Assembly (NCBI GenBank): GCA_963801165.1
Contig: CAWDDT010000006.1
Location: 256,001-320,000, forward strand
Source of the DNA: an uncultured bacterium
Lineage (GTDB): Bacteria; Actinomycetota; Acidimicrobiia; Spongiisociales; UBA5794
DNA: 64,000 nt
Reading direction: 5' to 3'
Shown here: piece after piece, positions 17,045 to 24,969 of the stretch
How positions within the stretch are numbered: position 1 is the stretch's first letter
Layout of the letters: every line of letters begins with the position of its first letter
Notes under the pieces: generated by a model
What the model saw: only the letters and a program-made list of their open reading frames with translations
The model's database searches: none
What the model was told of the DNA's origin: nothing
Made by a program: the position numbers and the translations under genes

Positions 17045-17772
17045 TGACGGCCGCCGACATCTTCGCTCGCTATGCCTACCCGCCAAATGAGCTGGGCTAT
17101 TGCGGCCCCGCCAACAGTGGTGAGGTGCTCAGCTGCGGTCTCGCCGGTCTCGAGGCCACGGCCCGGTGCTTTGAGGGTACCTGGCCGTACTTCGAGTTCA
17201 TCGCGACAAGACACGGGCTCGACCCCCTCGACGGGCGGGTTGTCGAATCATACTGGCTCGGTGGTGCGCTAACCGAAGGTCTGGATGTGAAGGTCGAGGG
17301 CGCCGACCTGCTGGAGGAACTGGCCCGTGCAGGCGGCACCTGGGCACACAGCACCGAAGATCTGCTCCCCGGCATGACCCCCGATCACAACTTCCATGTG
17401 TTCGCCATCTACCCGTGGCTCGGCTTGCTCTCGCGCAACCTGAGCGACCAGCCCCGTTTGGTGCTCGACCGGTGCCGGATCCGCTGGGGTGAGCTGATCG
17501 CGATCGATGGTGATACCGCAACGGTCGCCTCAGCTGCGATCGAATGGGATGGAGAGCGTCTCAGCCTCGGACCAAGCCGTAATGAGGCTGTGGTTCTGGC
17601 GAAAGGCCCGATCAGGCTGGCAGGAGAGGTCTCCCCAGGAGATGTGGTGGCGTTGCACTGGAACTGGATCTGTGGAGCGATCTCGCAGGAGCAGTTGGCT
17701 CATCTGCGCCGGTCGACGGCGACCCACCTGGACATCGCCAACCAGCGTCTGGAGCTAGGGTTGGTGGACTGA
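17044..17772 (+). CDS. DUF6390-like hydrogenase-associated protein
   Basis: FARYAYPPNELGYCGP, VESYWLG, HNFHVF, LDRCRIRWG, GDVVALHWNW. Confidence 0.75.
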   Translation: MTAADIFARYAYPPNELGYCGPANSGEVLSCGLAGLEATARCFEGTWPYFEFIATRHGLDPLDGRVVESYWLGGALTEGLDVKVEGADLLEELARAGGTWAHSTEDLLPGMTPDHNFHVFAIYPWLGLLSRNLSDQPRLVLDRCRIRWGELIAIDGDTATVASAAIEWDGERLSLGPSRNEAVVLAKGPIRLAGEVSPGDVVALHWNWICGAISQEQLAHLRRSTATHLDIANQRLELGLVD

Positions 17773-17862
17773 CAGCAAGTCCGGGAACTCGACGACGGAC
17801 CTGAACGTCCTATCGTTGCGGGCCATCCCAGCAAAGGGTTCCGCTCGATCCCAGGGAGGACG

Positions 17863-18864
17863 ATGACACGAGCGTGTGCGATCGCTGCATTGAGCCTGTT
17901 GATGGCGACCGGCTGCACTGTCAGCGGCGATCCTCATTCGGGGACGGCATCAGAAACCACCCCGGCCGTGCCCGCGACACACGTCGCGCCGCCTGGTTCA
18001 GAATCCACGCAGGCAGCAACGTCTACCGTCCCGACGACGCCAGCCCTGCGCGTGACGGGCCCAGACGCAAACGGTACATACGCGGTTGTTGCAGCCACGG
18101 TCGACGCGTGGAGAACCTGCTGGGACGACACCGCCCCCTCCGAATACCAAATGTCTGTCGCCGTAGCCGCGTTCGCGTTGCTCCCAGCCAGCGTCTCTCA
18201 CGTCATCGACGGAGAGGCTGTCGAAGCGTACGGGTCCGGTGACGATCCGGTCACGATGATCAACGTCTGGGAAGGTATCGACAGACTGCTGAGCAATCGA
18301 CCCGACTCGATCGCGATCGAGTTCGACCCCGATCTCTGCTATCCGACATTTATCGGAGTCGATGAGGATCGTGCCATTGAGGACGACGGGATGACCGAGC
18401 GCATCCTCATGCAGCCCGGAGGTCGGCCCGAGGGTCGGCAGGTGATCGGCTCTGTCGATCATGTCGATTACGCGGACGCCACGGATGAGAACACCACGAC
18501 GGTTGTGCTAGAGGATGGTTCGAGTTTCGATGTCCACCTAGCGGATGACATCTGGAGACAATGCCGGAAAGACACCTCTGGCTGTGGGGCGCTGGCCATC
18601 CTCGACGACTCGGGTGACGCTCTGTACGCCTTGCCGTTGTCGCTCAACGCCGATCGCACGCAGTGGCACGTCCCAACCGTCGGTGTGTTGGACATCGCGG
18701 GCGACCCACTTGTGCTCTGGGAAGGTCCTGTGCTGGACCGTGCCAACGAGCTTGACGCGTCACAGTGCAATGGCAGCATCGAGATCGGTGTAGCCACGGC
18801 GATCGGCGGCGAGATCCTCGTCGAGACGGTCACCGGCGTGGCCACCGGATACACCTGTTGGTGA
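17863..18864 (+). CDS. Putative lipoprotein (DUF6174-like central domain)
   Basis: Lipobox MATGC, Thr/Pro linker, FDPDLCYPTFIGVD; GGAGG RBS. Confidence 0.65.
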   Translation: MTRACAIAALSLLMATGCTVSGDPHSGTASETTPAVPATHVAPPGSESTQAATSTVPTTPALRVTGPDANGTYAVVAATVDAWRTCWDDTAPSEYQMSVAVAAFALLPASVSHVIDGEAVEAYGSGDDPVTMINVWEGIDRLLSNRPDSIAIEFDPDLCYPTFIGVDEDRAIEDDGMTERILMQPGGRPEGRQVIGSVDHVDYADATDENTTTVVLEDGSSFDVHLADDIWRQCRKDTSGCGALAILDDSGDALYALPLSLNADRTQWHVPTVGVLDIAGDPLVLWEGPVLDRANELDASQCNGSIEIGVATAIGGEILVETVTGVATGYTCW

Positions 18865-19178
18865 TCCGTTCCAGCGTGGGCCTGGTGTCATCGCCCGAGC
18901 TGTCCGAATCCGGCGAGATCACGCCTGCGCGCTACCACCCCGTTGCGTCGCCACATCCGCGAATCGTCGACAACCTCCTAATGTCGTCCTAGGAGGGCGC
19001 TGGTAATCGCCGAGAAGGCCTGCACGCAGTGCAGGTACGGTCGCTCCACCCCTGATTCCTCGCTGTTCCTGACCAGGTATCGAGCCTGAACTGGAATTAT
19101 TCAGCACGCTGCTAGGAGGGTCGTTCGCGTAGACGCCGACGACCGTGGCGGGAGGTGCCCGCCGCTAGGGTGTCGCCA

Positions 19179-19379
19179 ATGTTCACATCACGCCAAAGGT
19201 TTCTCGTGGCGGCAGGATCGACCATCCTGCTCGCTATCACGGTGGTCGCCTTTCTGTTGTTCGACCGGAACTCGCACTCCGCCAGCGACACGCTGCGCCC
19301 GTTCCTGATCCTCATGGTTCCTGTTTGGCTGTTTGCGCTAGGCATCGGCCGGTACCTCATCACCGGCAGGCGTCGCTGA
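19179..19379 (+). CDS. Small two-helix membrane protein
   Basis: MFTSRQRFLVAAGSTILLAITVVAFLLF...PFLILMVPVWLFALGIGRYLI. Confidence 0.5.
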   Translation: MFTSRQRFLVAAGSTILLAITVVAFLLFDRNSHSASDTLRPFLILMVPVWLFALGIGRYLITGRRR

Positions 19380-19588
19380 CCGGCCGCACCAAGCGCCCCC
19401 CCATCCCTTCTTGCGGACGTGAAGCCTACGTGTAGACATGACGTACGCCGGAACGCGGACGCCGCCGACCCCCCGGCTTCCGGCGTCTCGAGTGCCTACA
19501 TGCTGACATGGTGTACGCAAGAGCGCCGACGTCGACGAGCCGCTCCGGACCGCTTCAACCGGATGAGCCGACACGTCACGAACGCAAC

Positions 19589-21526
19589 TCAGGGCAACAG
19601 GATTCCTCTCCCCACCAGCCTGATCGCGGTCGGGTCGTCGACGAGGCCCGCGATGGTCTGTGCCAGTGATCGGTCTGCCACGGGCACCTGCACCTCCACC
19701 CGGCCGCCCGGTCCGGTGGCGACCGCATACGAGCCGCCGATCTCAGGAATGTCGCGAAGGAGCGGAACGATGGAGTCCTGGATACGACGCTGTTCCGCCT
19801 CACTGCGCGAGACTTCGATCACGCACGCCCCGCCCGAGGCCGCCAACGCCTCCCGGTGGGGCGCCGGATCCCCGACCACCTGGAGAACGAGCGTGCCGTC
19901 GTTGGCTACGTAGAGACCACCGTTGGCATCACCCAGCGAGCTGGCGTACTGATTGATCGGGCCGGCCCCGGCCCCGGTGGCAACGCCTTGACACTCGGCG
20001 GGGAGCTCGCCGGGCGGGTAGCGGAGACCGAGATCCAGGTATGACGCTTCCGACTGGCTGATGACTTCTACCGCACCATCCACGGGCGGCCAGGTGACGA
20101 CGAGTGTCTGCTCACCCCACCGGACACCACTTGCCTCTTCCGTCCACCCCTCCATATCGAGCCCATTGGCCACAGGTCCGGAGCATTGCGGCGGGAGGGA
20201 ATCCATGACCGCGCCGAGGCAGAGTTCGGGACCATCCCCGGAATCGATGACCGTCGTGGTGACCTCGACATGGGTTGCTTGCGCGGGCAGGTTATCCAGA
20301 CGTGTCGGCGTGACCACCTCGACGCCTTCCACCTCGTACACACGCATGTCGGGATTGGCGTTTGGCTCGGCGACGGTCGTTGTGGTTGGCTCGACTGGAG
20401 CCCCTTCCCGACGAAACGTCACCGGATGCGACGCACCCTCGAGGTTGCTGCCGTACCACTCCATCGTGTCGCCGTCCATGACCACCTCGATACCATCCGG
20501 CGTGTTCCGAAGCACGGCCAGGAGCACGCTCTGGGCGGTATCTCTGCCGCAGCCTCCGGCAGTCGCAACCACTTCTCCATGCGTGAGGAATCCGGCCGAG
20601 TACTCAAAATCGGTCGGCCAGATGGCGTTGCACCCCGTCGATCCCTCGAACGTGCCGGCGACCCCAGCACTGGTGACTTCGTCGACTGCAAACTCGAGCC
20701 ACGGCTCGTCATCCGCATTCACGCCTGGTTCGATCCGGATCTCATCGTTCCCTTCCTGCCACGATGCAAAGATCCAGTGCCCCTCAATTGCTCCAGGGCC
20801 GCCGGGAACCGCACTCGAAGTTGTAGTTGACAACGTCGTGGTCGATGTACTCTCGGACGATGCCGAGTCCGTGCGACGTAAGGTCAGCGGAGACCACGTA
20901 CTCACGGCATTCCTGCCGTACCACTCCATCGTGTCGCCGTCCATGACAACTTCGATCCCGGCGGGGTTGTTCACTACCATGGCCCGCAAGACTCGTTCCG
21001 CAGTGTCCGGATCGCACCCCATGGCCGTCGTGTCCATCTGCCCCAGGTCGAGAAAACCCGCGGAGTAGTGGTAGTTGGCCAGCACGATTCCATTGCATCC
21101 TGTCGATCCGGTGAAGGTTCCGACCGTGCCCCCGCTGTCAGGTGCCGCGGTGAACACAAGAAACACTTCACCGGTCGTGTTGACCCCAATCTTGACCGGA
21201 ATCTGTTTCCCGTCTTCTTCCCACGACTCGAGAACCCACCTACCTTCGATCGAACCACCTGCAGCCGCATCCGAGGGCGGCGTTGCGGAATCGCCCGGCT
21301 CCCCACGGTCGCTGCTACCTACACGGCCGAGCAAGAGGATCGAGCCCACACCCACAAGGATCACAACAGCCGCGGCAACGGCAGCCAACCAACCGCTTCC
21401 GATCCGGTGCGACGGAGGCCCGAAGTCGTACTGCAATGACTCCCATGCCGGTGCGGGTGGCGCCTCGTCCAGCACGGGGGCGAGACCCTCGTTGAACACC
21501 GCCGCCACGTCGCGCTCATCGGTCAT
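19589..21526 (-). CDS. Membrane-anchored protein with two META-like domains (probable anti-sigma partner)
   Basis: N-terminal TM (WLAAVAAAVVILVGV), two repeats EGxW...GSTGCN...T.MGC/TAGGC; overlaps the end of the ECF sigma gene. Confidence 0.75.
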   Translation of the reverse strand: MTDERDVAAVFNEGLAPVLDEAPPAPAWESLQYDFGPPSHRIGSGWLAAVAAAVVILVGVGSILLLGRVGSSDRGEPGDSATPPSDAAAGGSIEGRWVLESWEEDGKQIPVKIGVNTTGEVFLVFTAAPDSGGTVGTFTGSTGCNGIVLANYHYSAGFLDLGQMDTTAMGCDPDTAERVLRAMVVNNPAGIEVVMDGDTMEWYGRNAVSTWSPLTLRRTDSASSESTSTTTLSTTTSSAVPGGPGAIEGHWIFASWQEGNDEIRIEPGVNADDEPWLEFAVDEVTSAGVAGTFEGSTGCNAIWPTDFEYSAGFLTHGEVVATAGGCGRDTAQSVLLAVLRNTPDGIEVVMDGDTMEWYGSNLEGASHPVTFRREGAPVEPTTTTVAEPNANPDMRVYEVEGVEVVTPTRLDNLPAQATHVEVTTTVIDSGDGPELCLGAVMDSLPPQCSGPVANGLDMEGWTEEASGVRWGEQTLVVTWPPVDGAVEVISQSEASYLDLGLRYPPGELPAECQGVATGAGAGPINQYASSLGDANGGLYVANDGTLVLQVVGDPAPHREALAASGGACVIEVSRSEAEQRRIQDSIVPLLRDIPEIGGSYAVATGPGGRVEVQVPVADRSLAQTIAGLVDDPTAIRLVGRGILLP

Positions 21527-21991
21527 CGGTGAACCTCCCGAGCTTCTCCCTGACGAGATGGAGATACCGTCGCACGGTGCCGTCGCTCCACCCCATCAGC
21601 TCGGCCGTCTCGACGGCCGTGTACTCACACCAGTAGACCAGGTAGGCGGCGGCACGCTGCTGCGGTGGTAGAGCCATGACCGCGTCGGTGAGATCGGTCC
21701 GGGCGATGTCGGCCGCGTCGCGGGCCTGTTGACCCGGCCCTACGCGAACCATCGCTGCTCGCTGTCTGTCTTGCCCCGATGGAGTTGACGTACTTCGTTC
21801 ATCACTGCCTGCATCAGGTATGCCTGTGGCTTCTCTATCGACGAGAGCGACCGCTTGCCGAGCACACGGACCACGACCGCCGACACGACGTCGGGTGCGT
21901 CCGCCGGTCCGACCAGGGCCGTGGCGAAGCGCACCAACGCCGGTGCGACGGCTTCGTAGACCTCACTGTCGCCAGACCCCACGCTGCTCAT
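21516..21991 (-). pseudogene. ECF sigma-70 factor split by a frameshift near 21765
   Basis: Region 2 (LVRFATALVG..APDVVS..AYL..AVMN) in 21740-21991; region 4 (LPPQQRAAAYLVYW..ETAELMGWSDGTVRRYL) in another frame, 21516-21752. Confidence 0.75.
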
Positions 21992-22128
21992 CTTCCCGTG
22001 TTGAATGCCGCAGACGATAGAACCGTTGCACGCCTTTTCCTGGTGGACACCGCTTGCAACAGCGTCTACCCGAGCGCCGCGTCACCGTTCTCGAGCTTGT
22101 CTTCACAGAAACACCCACCCGGGCCATT

Positions 22129-22207
22129 TGGGAACCGACCCAGGACCCGAGGCCGTTCGGCCCTGGCAACGCCACCGTCCGATGCATTACATTTCCCATA
22201 TATGCGG
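22129..22207 (+). promoter_or_regulatory. Second, diverged copy of the tusA promoter region with a DosR/OsdR-like box
   Basis: GAGGCCGTTCGGCCCT at 22149-22164 and ATTACATTTCCCATATATGCGG at 22186-22207. Confidence 0.5.
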
Positions 22208-22347
22208 TGACGTGCATGCGCCTGGGTAGCACATGGCGGCAGCGCATCGATGAAACCGGATCCCGCCGGTCCTAGATGCGTCGCACGTCACCCTTCCTCT
22301 CGAAACAACGCGCTCCACCTCGGTGGAGCGCGCCTGGTAGACGCCGG

Positions 22348-23418
22348 CTATGCCTCCGGCTCGTCGACCAACGTCGCCAGCAGCGATGCAGTCGACTCCG
22401 TGGCGTGGTCTCCTGCCTCCCCCAGTACGCCCCGTTCCACCAGGGTAAAGAGAAAGCCGAGCGCAGGGACAGCCAGGAGCCCGGCGAGAGCGAACGCACC
22501 CAGAAGCGCGATGAGCACCGCATTCGATGAGGCATAACCGGAGACGGTGATGTTGGGCTCGAGGAGATTCGGGTACTGTGCCGCTCCCCAACCCCACAGG
22601 ACGGTTGCCGTGGCCAGCACGGCGGCCACCCGGGCGGGCCCGAACCGCTCTTGCCGCACCAGCCACAAAGTCAACAGACCACCAGTCGCCGAGCCGGCCA
22701 TGAGGGGAACGCCCCGCAACGAGACGAGACCGTCGAAGAGCTCGGGGGCGTCGACGGCAAGCACGCCGATCCCCGCGACCGCCACGACACCAACCGCGAC
22801 CCCGGTAACCATGGCTCTCGTCTTGAAGTAGCCGGTCAGGGTCGCGTCCGCGATGGCCGCCGCATCGCGACACGAGAACACAGCAGCGATGAATGCCGTG
22901 GCCCCTACTGCCATCACCCCGCCGAGTATCGAGGTCGGGTTGAGCCAGGAGGTCACAGGGTCACCGGCTGCGTTGCCAAGCGGAACCCGCCCCGACGCCA
23001 CACCCCCCGCGATGGTTCCCAGGAAGAAGGGGGTGAGGATCGATGAGAGCGCGAAAGTCAATCCCAGGGCGCGCTGCCGGTTGAGGGTGGCCGCCCACTT
23101 GCGGAAAGCAAACGATGAACCGCGCAGGATGATGCCGAGGGCCGAGAGCGTCAACGGTATGTACATAGTCGTTGCGATGGAAACGAAGGGCTCGGGAAAA
23201 GCGGTCCACAGAAAGACGAGGACAAAGATCAGCCACACGTGGTTGGCTTCCCACACCGGGCCGATGGTGTGCTCGAGGAAGGTGCGCACCGGGCCACCCT
23301 TCCTGGCGCTGCCGGCGAACAGGTCCCAGAAACCGGCGCCGAAGTCGGCGCCACCCAGAATGCCGTATGCGGTGACACCTGCCCAGATGACGACCAGGAC
23401 TGCGTTGGCGAGGGTCAT
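22348..23418 (-). CDS. cydB: Cytochrome bd ubiquinol oxidase subunit II
   Basis: YGILGGADFGAG, IGPVWEANHVWLIF, GIILRGSSFAFR. Confidence 0.95.
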   Translation of the reverse strand: MTLANAVLVVIWAGVTAYGILGGADFGAGFWDLFAGSARKGGPVRTFLEHTIGPVWEANHVWLIFVLVFLWTAFPEPFVSIATTMYIPLTLSALGIILRGSSFAFRKWAATLNRQRALGLTFALSSILTPFFLGTIAGGVASGRVPLGNAAGDPVTSWLNPTSILGGVMAVGATAFIAAVFSCRDAAAIADATLTGYFKTRAMVTGVAVGVVAVAGIGVLAVDAPELFDGLVSLRGVPLMAGSATGGLLTLWLVRQERFGPARVAAVLATATVLWGWGAAQYPNLLEPNITVSGYASSNAVLIALLGAFALAGLLAVPALGFLFTLVERGVLGEAGDHATESTASLLATLVDEPEA

Positions 23419-24782
23419 CGGGAGACCGCCGAATCAGGCCCGTACGGCGCCGGAGCGTCGTCACCAACAGCGAACCGTTTGGCCATGCGGCGCAGCACGG
23501 CGACCGTGATCGTGCCGAGCGCGATGTAGACGATCGCGATTGCCGTCGCCGACACGACGATGCCTCCTGCCCTCGTCACTGCGTCGGTGGTGCGGACGAT
23601 GCCGTAGACGATCCACGGCTGTCTGCCGACCTCGGTAGTCACCCATCCTGCCTCGACCGCAACCATCGCTCCGATACCCGCCGGCGCGGCCAGCCGCCAA
23701 AACCATCGCGACGCCGGGAGATCGCGGCGCCGCCACCAGGCAATACCGAACCAGAGAGCGAGCAGGAGAAGACCGGTGCCGATCGCCACCATGATCTGGA
23801 AAGACGTGTGGACGATATTGGCATGTGGCTGATCCTCAGGTGCGACCGAGTCGAGCCCGGGAACGACCCCGTTTACGTCGTGGGTACCCAGCCACGACGC
23901 GAGCGCCGGGATCTCGATCGCTCCCTTCACCTCGCCGTCCACCAGCACGCCCCCCAGGCTCAGCGGCGCCCGGCTTTGTGTGTGCGTGAGCAACTCGATC
24001 GCAGCGAACTTGGCCGGCTGGGCGTCGATCAACCGCCGGGTAGCGGCATCGCCGACCACGATCTGCACCGGTGCGGCGATGGCGGCAACAACGAACGGGA
24101 TCATGAACCCGAGACGGTGGAGCCGATCGCGGCGTCCCTTCAGCCAGCCGACGGCGTACACGCCGGCCACCGTGAACCCGGAGACCATGTAGGCAGCCAG
24201 CACCATGTGCAGGTACTGGATCCCGACCGCCGGGTTGAACATGGCGGCCAGCGGGTTGACGTCGGTGATGCTGCCGTCGGCGGCGATGCGGAAGCCGGCA
24301 GGTGAGTTCATCCAGGCGTTCGCCGAGAGCACGAAGAAGGACCCGGCGATCCCGGCGGCGACGATCGGGAACAAGGTGAAGAAGTGGAGGCGGGCCGGTA
24401 GCCGGTTCCAGCCGTACAGATAGATCGCGATGAAGATCGCCTCCAGAAAGAAGGACACGCCCTCGAGAGCGAACGGAAGCCCGATTACATCGCCATAGGG
24501 ACCCATCAGACCGGGCCACAGCATCCCCATCTCGAAGCTGAGGATCGTGCCTGAGACGGCGCCGACGGCGAACAGGACCGCCATGGCCTTCGCCCAGCGT
24601 TTGGCCAACTGGAGGGCGGCCGCATCGCGGTGGCGCAGCCCGCGGCGGTGGGCGATCAGCGTCATCACGGGGAATCCGATCCCCATCGCGGCAAAGATGA
24701 TGTGGAATCCGAGGCTGATCGCCATCTGTGACCGCGCCGCAGCCAGGTTGGCGTCTGCGATCAGTCCGACCCAATCCGCCAT
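23415..24782 (-). CDS. cydA: Cytochrome bd ubiquinol oxidase subunit I (short Q-loop)
   Basis: SLGFHIIF, GAVSGTILSFE, FFLEAIF, QPAKFAAIE, GWVTTEVGRQPW. Confidence 0.96.
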   Translation of the reverse strand: MADWVGLIADANLAAARSQMAISLGFHIIFAAMGIGFPVMTLIAHRRGLRHRDAAALQLAKRWAKAMAVLFAVGAVSGTILSFEMGMLWPGLMGPYGDVIGLPFALEGVSFFLEAIFIAIYLYGWNRLPARLHFFTLFPIVAAGIAGSFFVLSANAWMNSPAGFRIAADGSITDVNPLAAMFNPAVGIQYLHMVLAAYMVSGFTVAGVYAVGWLKGRRDRLHRLGFMIPFVVAAIAAPVQIVVGDAATRRLIDAQPAKFAAIELLTHTQSRAPLSLGGVLVDGEVKGAIEIPALASWLGTHDVNGVVPGLDSVAPEDQPHANIVHTSFQIMVAIGTGLLLLALWFGIAWWRRRDLPASRWFWRLAAPAGIGAMVAVEAGWVTTEVGRQPWIVYGIVRTTDAVTRAGGIVVSATAIAIVYIALGTITVAVLRRMAKRFAVGDDAPAPYGPDSAVSR

Positions 24783-24969
24783 GGTGGATTGCCTCCGATC
24801 GAGGTCTGTTGCCGATCCCGGTCAACCTAGCCGCGATGAGGCGATGTGAATTCGGGCAACCGGACTAGACCGATTCGCACCGGCCCCCCTCGACCCGGCT
24901 CTCCGGGTCTGTTGATCCTCCCAGAGGGAGTGTCAACTCCTTCTCCCCGCGGTAGAAGTGGCGTCTGCC

